Shown here: positions 1 to 7,782 of the stretch, piece by piece
Layout of the letters: every line of letters begins with the position of its first letter
Position numbering within the stretch: position 1 is the first letter of the stretch
NCBI GenBank assembly: GCA_050124795.1
Contig: JASFEO010000017.1
Coordinates: 1 to 17,733 of the forward strand
Reading direction: 5' to 3'
DNA length: 17,733 bases
Source of the DNA: Candidatus Pacearchaeota archaeon
GTDB taxonomy: Archaea > Nanobdellota > Nanobdellia > Pacearchaeales > GW2011-AR1
Notes under the pieces: generated by a model
The model's database searches: none
Seen by the model: only the letters and a program-made list of their open reading frames with translations
Told to the model about the DNA's origin: nothing
Program-made: the position numbers and the translations under genes

Positions 1-1
1 A

Positions 2-1204
2 AATACTTTAATTGTTGTTGAGCACGACGAGGACACAATCAGAAAAGCAGATTATGTTGTTGACATTGGCAAATACGCAGGGATTCACGGCGGAGAAATT
101 GTGGCAAAGGGAACACCAAAAGAAATTGAGAAAAATAAAAATTCTTTAACAGGGCATTATTTGTCAGGTGAGAAATATATTGAAACACCGAAGGCAAGAA
201 GAAAATTAAATTTGCCAATTGAGTTGACTGGCTGCACTGAGCACAATTTAAAAAATATTAATGTAAAAATTCCAACTCAGGTTTTGACTTGTGTTACAGG
301 AGTTTCAGGTTCTGGCAAATCAACTTTGGTGAATGATATTTTATATAGGGCATTGGCTCAGAAATTAAATAATTCAACTAAGAAAGCTGGAGCTCATAAA
401 AAACTTTTAACTTCTGCGTATTTGGAAAAGGTTGTGATAATTGACCAGTCGCCGATTGGCAAAACTCCGAGGAGCAATCCTTCAACTTATACAAAAGTTT
501 TTGATGACATCAGGAAAATTTTTGCAGAAACTAAAGAAGCAAAATTAAGAGGTTACAAAATCGGAAGGTTTTCTTTTAATGTGCCAGGGGGAAGATGTGA
601 GAAATGTAAAGGTGACGGAACAATAAAAATTGAAATGAATTTTTTGCCTGATGTTTATATTGAGTGTGAGGAGTGCAAAGGAAAAAGATATAATTCAGAG
701 ACTTTGGAAGTCAGATACAAAGGAAAAAGTATTGCAGATGTTTTGAACATGACTGTTGAAGAAGCACTTGAACTTTTCAAATTTGTGCCGTCGATAAGAA
801 CAAAACTTCAAACTTTGGCAGATGTTGGCTTGGGTTATATTAAACTCGGGCAAAGTTCAGTAACTTTGTCAGGCGGAGAAAGTCAAAGAATAAAATTAAC
901 AAGAGAACTTGCCAAAAGAACTGCGGGAAGAAATTTATATTTATTAGACGAGCCAACAACGGGTCTGCATTTTCACGATATAAAAAAATTAATTAATGTC
1001 TTAAACAGCTTAGTTGACAAGGGAAACACCATCGTCGTTATAGAACATAATTTAGAAGTTATAAAATGCGCTGACCACATAATTGACCTCGGACCTGAAG
1101 GAGGAGATGACGGAGGAAGGATAATCGCACAAGGGACTCCTGAAGAAGTTAGTAAAAATAAAAATTCGTTTACTGGGAAATATTTGGGTAAAATTTTGCA
1201 GTAG
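2..1204 (+). CDS. uvrA: Excinuclease ABC subunit A (UvrA), 5'-truncated by the window edge
   Basis: Frame is open from base 2 ([23 protein letters not shown], end of the first ABC module), so GTG 101 is internal. Second module has [22 protein letters not shown], zinc finger CEKC...[22 protein letters not shown] and IEHN. Confidence 0.97.
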   Translation, partial: NTLIVVEHDEDTIRKADYVVDIGKYAGIHGGEIVAKGTPKEIEKNKNSLTGHYLSGEKYIETPKARRKLNLPIELTGCTEHNLKNINVKIPTQVLTCVTGVSGSGKSTLVNDILYRALAQKLNNSTKKAGAHKKLLTSAYLEKVVIIDQSPIGKTPRSNPSTYTKVFDDIRKIFAETKEAKLRGYKIGRFSFNVPGGRCEKCKGDGTIKIEMNFLPDVYIECEECKGKRYNSETLEVRYKGKSIADVLNMTVEEALELFKFVPSIRTKLQTLADVGLGYIKLGQSSVTLSGGESQRIKLTRELAKRTAGRNLYLLDEPTTGLHFHDIKKLINVLNSLVDKGNTIVVIEHNLEVIKCADHIIDLGPEGGDDGGRIIAQGTPEEVSKNKNSFTGKYLGKILQ

Positions 1205-1214
1205 CAAAATTTTA
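1189..1214. terminator. 11-bp perfect inverted repeat over the uvrA stop; possible terminator or RNA hairpin between convergent genes
   Basis: TAAAATTTTGC-AGTA-GCAAAATTTTA followed by T-rich sequence; function inferred. Confidence 0.4.
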
Positions 1215-1306
1215 TTTCTTCACAAAAATATTTAGCAAGCAAAGTTTTGGCAATAAACCAGGATTATTTGAAGAATGTTCCAAAAAATTAACAAGTTTTT
1301 AAAAAA

Positions 1307-1555
1307 TTATAATCTTGCTCGCCGCCACTTTTTCACAACAATTGTAAACCCAATTATTCTTGTGGTAAAATTCTTCCCGAGTTTTTCCAAAATTTCTTCA
1401 CTTAATTTTTTTATCTCTTTTTTGTCTCTTGTTAAATTTGCTAAAACTGAGATTTTAATATTTCTATGATTTTTAAAATTTAATTTTAAAGTGTTAATAA
1501 AATTTTCAGTAATTCCGTTTTTTCCAAGCTGAATGTTTAAGATTGTTGTTTTCAT
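1307..1555 (-). CDS. yhbY: YhbY/CRM-domain RNA-binding protein (ribosome maturation)
   Basis: IQLGKNGITENFI...IKISVL...IIGFTIVV matches the CRM/YhbY pattern. ATG 1555 is preferred over 1579 because it avoids overlap with the toxin and has an AT-rich TATA-like element about 27 nt upstream. Confidence 0.8.
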   Translation of the reverse strand: MKTTILNIQLGKNGITENFINTLKLNFKNHRNIKISVLANLTRDKKEIKKLSEEILEKLGKNFTTRIIGFTIVVKKWRRARL

Positions 1556-1565
1556 TTTATTTAAA

Positions 1566-1898
1566 TCAATGAGGACCAATCTTTAATAAAACTTCCCTTA
1601 TTTCATTTATTGTTTTTTGCTGTGATTTTTTGTCAGACATTCTAACAAACATTAACAATAAATCAGTTAGATATTCTTCAGAAATAATCTTTAATTTATA
1701 TCCGTCGGTAATAAAGTAAAATCTGAACTTTTTATATTTTAATTCTTTTATTATAAACCCTCCGACATTCCCGAGAGGCTTTCCTTTTTTTGGGGGGGCT
1801 CCAACTAATTTCATTAATCTAAAGATTTTAGCTGATTCGCCTTTAAACTTTTTCATAACCTCTTTTTTTAAAGAATCAACTATTTCGACTTTGGCCAT
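1566..1898 (-). CDS. Putative RelE/ParE-superfamily toxin (type II TA)
   Basis: 110 aa, basic; PKKGKPL...IKELKYKKFRFYF resembles the RelE-fold pattern; overlaps the small upstream gene by 19 nt. Confidence 0.6.
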   Translation of the reverse strand: MAKVEIVDSLKKEVMKKFKGESAKIFRLMKLVGAPPKKGKPLGNVGGFIIKELKYKKFRFYFITDGYKLKIISEEYLTDLLLMFVRMSDKKSQQKTINEIREVLLKIGPH

Positions 1899-2089
1899 TT
1901 TTTCTCTGCCTCTTTTATTGCGTCTCCAATCGGAGTGCAGTTTTCCGAAGACATAAGAAACTGCCTTAATTGCTCTTTAACTGCTAAGTCATACATTCTT
2001 TTAATTATTATTTCGAAAGTTTCCCCTTTAAGGCCAAAAGTGCTTATCATTTTTTTTGTTTCATGACTTAATTGAATTGTGCTTGCCAT
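1880..2089 (-). CDS. Putative antitoxin / ribbon-helix-helix-like DNA-binding protein
   Basis: 69 aa; STIQLSHETKKMI...KGETFEIIIKRM resembles archaeal RHH-like antitoxins; lies directly upstream of and overlaps the toxin. Confidence 0.6.
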   Translation of the reverse strand: MASTIQLSHETKKMISTFGLKGETFEIIIKRMYDLAVKEQLRQFLMSSENCTPIGDAIKEAEKKWPKSK

Positions 2090-2099
2090 TTTATAATTC

Positions 2100-2127
2100 C
2101 TATAGTCGCTATAGTTTATATATTTTT
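2100..2127 (-). promoter_or_regulatory. TA operon promoter (BRE/TATA) with palindromic operator-like site
   Basis: Minus strand reads AAAAATATATAAA, then CTATAG-CGA-CTATAG (2100-2114), then ATG at 2089. Confidence 0.6.
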
Positions 2128-2144
2128 CTGTGTTAGTTCAAATA

Positions 2145-2516
2145 TCATCCTAATTTCACAATATCTTTTTTCTTTATCTTGATAAGTTTTGGTTTTTTAG
2201 TTATTTTCCATGTTCCTGTTTTTTTGAGAAATATAGGTTTCTTAACATCTTTGCCGGTAAACTCATGAATCATAACATCTGATTTATGGTTTCTATAATC
2301 CTGGCTAAACTTTGCGCAATATGTGCCAGCTTCATAAATAATTTTTTTTGTTGGATTTAATTTTTCAATTACACAAAAAGGACTCCCCCGAGCAACAGTA
2401 TGAAGAATAATATTTTCTCGTCCTTTAAATTGACCAACAAGTTCATCATTACTTTCTGCATTTTTTCCTAATAAAATTTTTATTCCATTTTCTAAAGTTA
2501 TTTCTCTAAATTTCAT
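2145..2516 (-). CDS. Stand-alone NFACT-R (DUF814) RNA-binding domain protein
   Basis: LLGKNAESNDEL...LHTVARGSPFCVI...EAGTYCAKFS matches the G(K/R)xAxxNxxL / H...GS / AA..A..S pattern of DUF814. Confidence 0.8.
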   Translation of the reverse strand: MKFREITLENGIKILLGKNAESNDELVGQFKGRENIILHTVARGSPFCVIEKLNPTKKIIYEAGTYCAKFSQDYRNHKSDVMIHEFTGKDVKKPIFLKKTGTWKITKKPKLIKIKKKDIVKLG

Positions 2517-2570
2517 AAATAAAAAAAGAGTTGGGGAGTTTTAAATATTGCCTTTGGCGTAAGCCAATTT

Positions 2571-3872
2571 CTAAATCCCCCATTTCCTAAGTGCCCAATC
2601 AAGTTCAGAGTGAGTTTTAGCATATTCTTTTAATGGAATTTTTTTCAATGTTGCATCAAGTGCCTGTCTCATTGCTTTTGCACCCTGCACTGTTCCACGA
2701 GGATGACCATGAATTCCTCCTCCTGCCTGAATAACAATATCTTTGCCCATGAATTCCATAATCTTGTCAACTATGCCAGGATAAACTCCACCTGAAGCAA
2801 CTCCAAAAACAGGTTTCACATTATACCACTTTTGGTCTAAATAATTTTTTGTCTCGCGAGTAAAAGTTTTTTCCATTTCTTCTTCAATATGTAAAACCTC
2901 ATCTTTGCCTCCGGACATTTTTCCATATGCTGTTCCGATATGCAAAGTATCAACTCCGACCATTCTTGCAAATTGCGCAATCACTTCCATGCTCATTCCA
3001 AAACCTCTTTTTTGAGAATTTTCAATTCTGTCAAACATTGCATGACCTGCCCTGTGCGCATGAATTGGTAACTTTGTAAAATTTCTTGCAGTTTGCAAAG
3101 CCGCCCAACCCAAAGTTATAATATCAAGCATAATATAATTTCCTCCATTCTCCTCGACAAACTTAATTCTCTTTTTCATTTCCTCTGTTTCAGCAGTGCA
3201 GTTTGCAAGATAAACTTTTTTCTCACCTGTCTTTTCTTCAGCCTTTTTCATTGCCTTTAATGTTAACTTAACTCTTTTTCTAAATTTATTAAAATTCTGA
3301 CTTCCTAAATTTTCATCATCCTTCACAACATCACATCCCCCGACCCAAGAATCATATGCAACTTTTGCATGTTCTTTTGAAGTTAATCCAACCTTGGGTT
3401 TTACAATTGTCCCAATTAAAGGCCGGTCATAAACTTTCAAGATTTTTCTCACTCCCTTAATTCCAAACTGCGGACCCTTAAAACTTTTTAACATTTTTTT
3501 AGGAATTTCAACATCTTCCCAAAAAAGACCAATAACAGATTTCATTCCATAAACATTCCCCCCAACACTTGACAAAATGTTCGGCATACTTGACAATTCA
3601 AAAAGTTCAATTTGGTAGGCAATTCTAACACGATGATTTTTTTCATTAACATAAAAAACTTTTGGGCTTAATTTTTTCCCAATCTTAGGATTCATTGTTT
3701 TAACATCTGTCCATGTCCCAACACTTGACTCTCCTGCAACCATGCTCGCAGCCTCGCGAAGATTAAAACCTTTAGCAGGATAAACTCTAAACTGCAAAAC
3801 TAAATCTGTATTTTTTGGTTTATATTTTAAATTTACAAAACTATGATATTTGTATGCTTTTGAATTGCTCAT
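2571..3872 (-). CDS. rbcL: RuBisCO large subunit, form III-type (archaeal/DPANN; likely nucleotide-salvage AMP pathway)
   Basis: Catalytic motifs are present: GESSVGTW (E60, T65), GN (N123), KPK (K175/K177), KDDE (K201/D203/E204), HAHRAGH (H294/R295), LHIGT..GKM (H327/K334), ASGG and QAGGG. ATG 3872 has SD GAGGA; TTG 3905 lies in the promoter. Confidence 0.95.
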   Translation of the reverse strand: MSNSKAYKYHSFVNLKYKPKNTDLVLQFRVYPAKGFNLREAASMVAGESSVGTWTDVKTMNPKIGKKLSPKVFYVNEKNHRVRIAYQIELFELSSMPNILSSVGGNVYGMKSVIGLFWEDVEIPKKMLKSFKGPQFGIKGVRKILKVYDRPLIGTIVKPKVGLTSKEHAKVAYDSWVGGCDVVKDDENLGSQNFNKFRKRVKLTLKAMKKAEEKTGEKKVYLANCTAETEEMKKRIKFVEENGGNYIMLDIITLGWAALQTARNFTKLPIHAHRAGHAMFDRIENSQKRGFGMSMEVIAQFARMVGVDTLHIGTAYGKMSGGKDEVLHIEEEMEKTFTRETKNYLDQKWYNVKPVFGVASGGVYPGIVDKIMEFMGKDIVIQAGGGIHGHPRGTVQGAKAMRQALDATLKKIPLKEYAKTHSELDWALRKWGI

Positions 3873-3926
3873 TTTATCCTCTTTTACTAAATAAAACCTT
3901 TTCAAGTTTTTAAAATTATTTATCTT
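3869..3926 (-). repeat. Direct repeat copy 1: promoter + SD + ATG leader of RuBisCO
   Basis: 3869-3896 is identical (28/28) to 6405-6432; 3907-3926 matches 6442-6461 at 19/20. Confidence 0.9.
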
Positions 3927-5698
3927 AGATTTTTATTTATCTTTTGCCCTTCCCAGATCTCATAGAATTTTCCTTTTTTATGCAATAGTTCTTCATAACA
4001 ACCTTCTTCGACAATTTTGCCTTTATCAAAAACAATAATCTTATCCATTCTCTCTAAAGTAGAAAGCCTATGCGCAGAGATGATTATAGTTTTATTTAAT
4101 TTGTCCAGGGCATCCTGAATTTTCTTTTCTGTTATATAATCTAAATTTGAAGTTGATTCATCGAAAATAATTATATTGCTATCTTTGTAAATCGCCCTTG
4201 CAATCCCGAGTCTTTGTTTTTCTCCTCCTGAAAGTCTAATGCCTTTTTCACCTATTAAAGACAAATCCTTATTTTTTAATTTTGAAATAACCTCTGACAA
4301 CTGGCTTGCCTCAATTGCTTTTTTGTATAATTTTTTATCAAATTTTCCTTTTTTTGAAATTGTTATATTCTCTTTTAGACTGAGATTAAATACTTCTGTC
4401 TCCTGGGGGACAATTGAAATTTGTTCAAGCAAGGAATCCCTCTTAATATTTGTTATAGGTTTATTATCATAATAAATCATTCCTTTTTTAGGAAGATATA
4501 ATTTTAAGAATAATTTAAAGAAAGTTGATTTCCCGCTCCCGGATTTGCCAACAACCCCGAGCTTCTCCCCCTTTGTGATCTCTAAATTAAAATCATTCAG
4601 AACAGGTTCTTTTTTATACTGAAAACCTAAGTCATTGATTTTAATTTTATCCCAATTATTTATATTTGTCGCGCCTCTTTCATCTATATCCGGCATAAGA
4701 TTATATATTTGCATTGCACGGCAAATTCCATATTTAATATCAATAAGATGGTCCAATTCACTGGAAATTGTATTCAAAACACTTCTTAACTGATTTACAT
4801 AACTAATGTATATTATAATAACTCCTGCAGTCAATATCCCTGTTAAGATATCTTTTCCAACAATAAAAATAAACAAAGCAAAAAAAACAGAAGCAACTAT
4901 CTGGATACTTATCCATTTTAGATTATTAAGTTTGCTTTTGTTAATCCTTGCCTCCAAAACATTTTTTTCATTTCTATTTATATTTTTACTTGATAATTTT
5001 TCAATCCCTAAAGATTTTATTGTAGAAATATTTGAAGATACTTCATATGCTTTTCCAGATGCCTTCTCTCTTAACTTGTTTAAAACTAATGTTTTTTTAG
5101 CAATCTTTTTATTAAATTTAAATTCAACAAATAAATAAGTGAACATAAACAAGATTGCCATGAAAGCATATTTAATATTGAAAAAAGCAAACACAGTTAT
5201 TATCCCCACTAGGGAAGTAATAAGGTTTAATCCCTGATTATTATAAAAATGCATAAATTTTTGAATAGAAGATACTCCCTCGTTGATTCTCTGCATTTTA
5301 TTCCCGACATTTTCTTTTTCATGCCAAATTAAGTCCCCCTGAATCAGGCGATTAATTGATTCTACCCTCAAATATTTTTGAACCTTAGTAGAAATTATCC
5401 CAAGATGGAATTTTGATTCCAATCTCATTATTGTTGTAAAAATCTGGAAACACAATAAAATTCCAAGATAAGTATAAAAAATATTAATTGATTTTCCTCC
5501 CTCGACAAAAAAGTCAACTATCTTTGCGAGTATAATTGGAGTGATTAAAGAATTGGTGCTCGCGATTATTAATAATACAGAAAAAAAGATAAATCTTCTT
5601 TTATGTGTTTTAAAAAAATGCCATAAATCCTTAGTGAATTCCCAATTAGAATATTTTGTTTTATATTTTAAATTAGCATTATATGTTCTCCAACTCAT
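3920..5698 (-). CDS. ABC exporter, fused permease/ATPase half-transporter (MsbA/MdlB-like)
   Basis: N-terminal multi-TM domain; Walker A GKSGSGKST, Q-loop VPQE, LSGGEKQR, Walker B IIIFDESTSNLD and H-loop AHRL. Start overlaps the HAD stop (TAATG). Confidence 0.93.
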   Translation of the reverse strand: MSWRTYNANLKYKTKYSNWEFTKDLWHFFKTHKRRFIFFSVLLIIASTNSLITPIILAKIVDFFVEGGKSINIFYTYLGILLCFQIFTTIMRLESKFHLGIISTKVQKYLRVESINRLIQGDLIWHEKENVGNKMQRINEGVSSIQKFMHFYNNQGLNLITSLVGIITVFAFFNIKYAFMAILFMFTYLFVEFKFNKKIAKKTLVLNKLREKASGKAYEVSSNISTIKSLGIEKLSSKNINRNEKNVLEARINKSKLNNLKWISIQIVASVFFALFIFIVGKDILTGILTAGVIIIYISYVNQLRSVLNTISSELDHLIDIKYGICRAMQIYNLMPDIDERGATNINNWDKIKINDLGFQYKKEPVLNDFNLEITKGEKLGVVGKSGSGKSTFFKLFLKLYLPKKGMIYYDNKPITNIKRDSLLEQISIVPQETEVFNLSLKENITISKKGKFDKKLYKKAIEASQLSEVISKLKNKDLSLIGEKGIRLSGGEKQRLGIARAIYKDSNIIIFDESTSNLDYITEKKIQDALDKLNKTIIISAHRLSTLERMDKIIVFDKGKIVEEGCYEELLHKKGKFYEIWEGQKINKNLR

Positions 5699-6408
5699 TA
5701 ATTATTAAACTCATTTATTATTTTTAAAACCTCTGGGATTTCACGAATTACAAAATTTGGTTTTTTGTAGTCTTCTTTGTCTGCTTTTATTTTTTTATTT
5801 GTAATAGCGACGCTGTCAATTTTCACAGAGTTCGCCCCTTCAATGTCACAAATTAAATTATCCCCAACCATGATTGCCTCAGAAGGTAAGATATTCAATT
5901 TATTTAATGCAAGTAAAAACATAATTGCATTTGGTTTTTCTCCACCTGATTCTTCGCTTGTTACAAGATAATCAACATACCTTGTTAATTTTAATTTCTC
6001 AATTTTTCTTAGTTGAATGTGTGCAGTTAAATCTGTGACAAGCGCAATCTTGATTTTTTGTTTTTGCAATTTCTTTAATGTTTCAATAACTCCTTTTTTC
6101 AATCTCATATTTTGCAAAAAAGTATCCCAATAAACTTTATACATTTTCAAAATAATTTTTGGCTCAACTGTATTATGAGTTTTTTCGATAACTCTCTGAA
6201 AATATAAAACACGATTATGCGACGATGCTGTTCCTGCGAGTTCATTTTTTATTTCATCATTTGCCATTTTGTAAAACTTCAAAAATTTCTTCTTTGAAAT
6301 CCTAACTTGTTTTACAAGAACAGAGTAAACTTTGCCAAGTGCTTTTTTATGTGCATAATGATAATCATATAAAGTATCATCCAGATCAAACAAAACTGCT
6401 TTCTTCAT
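5698..6408 (-). CDS. HAD-superfamily hydrolase, subfamily IA (YjjG/YfnB-like nucleotidase or sugar-phosphate phosphatase)
   Basis: Motif I FDLDDTL, motif II VT, motif III SEESGGEKP, motif IV MVGDNLICDIEGA. Confidence 0.92.
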   Translation of the reverse strand: MKKAVLFDLDDTLYDYHYAHKKALGKVYSVLVKQVRISKKKFLKFYKMANDEIKNELAGTASSHNRVLYFQRVIEKTHNTVEPKIILKMYKVYWDTFLQNMRLKKGVIETLKKLQKQKIKIALVTDLTAHIQLRKIEKLKLTRYVDYLVTSEESGGEKPNAIMFLLALNKLNILPSEAIMVGDNLICDIEGANSVKIDSVAITNKKIKADKEDYKKPNFVIREIPEVLKIINEFNN

Positions 6409-6461
6409 TTTATCCTCTTTTACTAAATAAAAACTTCCAACTTTTTAAAATTATTTGTCTT
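6405..6461 (-). repeat. Direct repeat copy 2: promoter + SD + ATG leader of the HAD gene
   Basis: Near-identical to 3869-3926; contains TTTTAAAAA TATA-like box, GAGGA SD and ATG on the minus strand. Confidence 0.9.
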
Positions 6462-6477
6462 CTCTCTATAAAACCAA

Positions 6478-7065
6478 TTATTTCTCTCCCCTGTTTGAAG
6501 AAACTGCTCCTTTCCTATTTTGGAAAACCACTGATTTTTTATCCACAAAAACAGAGGTTTTTGCCAAAGGAGATTGTTTTTCTATTTCTTTTCTTTGTTT
6601 TACCATATTTTTATAACCTTTCATCATCCCCCTAAAAGATTGCCCGATTCCGTGTTGGATGAAACAATCTCTGATATCCTCCAAATCAGCCCTCTTTTCA
6701 AGATAAACATCCTGAAACATTTGTTTAAAATAATATTCTCCGCTTACAATACGTTGCATTATTCCATTTGGTAAATTATTATAATCCCCCCTGGTTTCCC
6801 CTGCTTTTTTTGGGTCTTTTCTAAAAGAAGACTTAGTTTTCTTTTTAGTTCCTTTTTGATGTTTATTAATTATCTTTTCTATTCCCAATGAAATTCTTTT
6901 AAGGTTCTTAAAATCTCCTTCTTTGATATATCTGTTTCCGATTTCTGTCAACTCTGAAATATAATCTGAATATTCCTTTTCAAAAAATTCCATATATTTT
7001 TCTCTTTCTAGTTCTTCTAAGGATTTCTTTATTCCTTCTAATTTATCATTAAGTGTTTTTGCCAT
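6478..7065 (-). CDS. Hypothetical protein, charged and helical/coiled-coil
   Basis: 195-aa ORF filling the gap; TTTATAAA box (~7087-7094) about 22 nt upstream of ATG; no recognised motif. Confidence 0.7.
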   Translation of the reverse strand: MAKTLNDKLEGIKKSLEELEREKYMEFFEKEYSDYISELTEIGNRYIKEGDFKNLKRISLGIEKIINKHQKGTKKKTKSSFRKDPKKAGETRGDYNNLPNGIMQRIVSGEYYFKQMFQDVYLEKRADLEDIRDCFIQHGIGQSFRGMMKGYKNMVKQRKEIEKQSPLAKTSVFVDKKSVVFQNRKGAVSSNRGEK

Positions 7066-7155
7066 AATCTTCCAAAAAAATAATCATTTATAAATCTTTT
7101 GTCTTGTCATCACTAGATAGTCGTATTAATTTTGTATACCTTTAAAAAACAAGGC

Positions 7156-7782
7156 TTACTTTTTAAAATCAATCAAACACTTCTTCATTACCTGATTAAT
7201 ATATTTCTTTTTTCCTTTGAATTGCTCTTTGAGAATTTTTTCAATTTCCCTGCATCCAAGAGCCTTGTGATAGGATCTTTTGTGCGAGAGTGCATCATAC
7301 TCATCAGCAACACATAACATCTGCGCAAGTTCTCCATATCCATTCTCCTGCCTTCTCTCAAACCTTTTTGTTTTTCTTCTATCAGCCCCCCCTCGTGGAT
7401 AAGAGCAGGAACAAAATTCATGGTGCATGACAATTATTTTTCTTACTTCAAAAAGTTTCTCTCTACCCAAAATCAAAAACGCGCGTCTTGGATGCTCGTG
7501 AATTTTTTCAAGTTCGCAAGAATTTAATTTTGTTGTCTTTGATAAAATCTTTTTTGAGATATTTAGTTTTCCAACATCATGCAAAAGTCCTGCCAAACAC
7601 AAAAGTTTTATTTTTTTATTTGATAGATTATTTTCTAACCCAAAATAAACACATAATAATCCAACACGCAATGAATGCTCATAAGTCTCGCGATGATATT
7701 TTTTTAAAAGTCCAAGATATTTTGAAACAATCTTATTTTCCATTGCAGGATTAAAAACATTGAGTAATTTTTGGTCTGTCAT
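7156..7782 (-). CDS. HD-GYP-like metal-dependent phosphohydrolase, stand-alone
   Basis: ETYEHSLRV, LLHDVGK, EHP, HHE, SYP (GYP variant) and VADEYDAL..KRSY; ATGA overlap with the cysS stop. Confidence 0.88.
   Translation of the reverse strand: MTDQKLLNVFNPAMENKIVSKYLGLLKKYHRETYEHSLRVGLLCVYFGLENNLSNKKIKLLCLAGLLHDVGKLNISKKILSKTTKLNSCELEKIHEHPRRAFLILGREKLFEVRKIIVMHHEFCSCSYPRGGADRRKTKRFERRQENGYGELAQMLCVADEYDALSHKRSYHKALGCREIEKILKEQFKGKKKYINQVMKKCLIDFKK

Noticed and set aside
2554-2567. Hairpin TTGGC-GTAA-GCCAA just after the rbcL stop
   Set aside because: Only a 5-bp stem and a single copy; may be a 3' stabiliser but cannot be told from chance.
2571-3872. RuBisCO-like protein (form IV) or evidence of a Calvin cycle
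   Set aside because: Catalytic residues including H294 and K334 are intact, which argues against form IV. No rbcS or phosphoribulokinase is in the window, so autotrophy is unsupported.
3873-3905. TTG start extending RuBisCO by 11 aa
   Set aside because: This stretch is the duplicated promoter/SD leader; the matching copy places the start at ATG 3872.
3869-6461. IS/transposon or CRISPR reading of the direct repeat
   Set aside because: Only two copies 2.5 kb apart, with no terminal inverted repeats, transposase or spacers; the repeat coincides exactly with expression signals.
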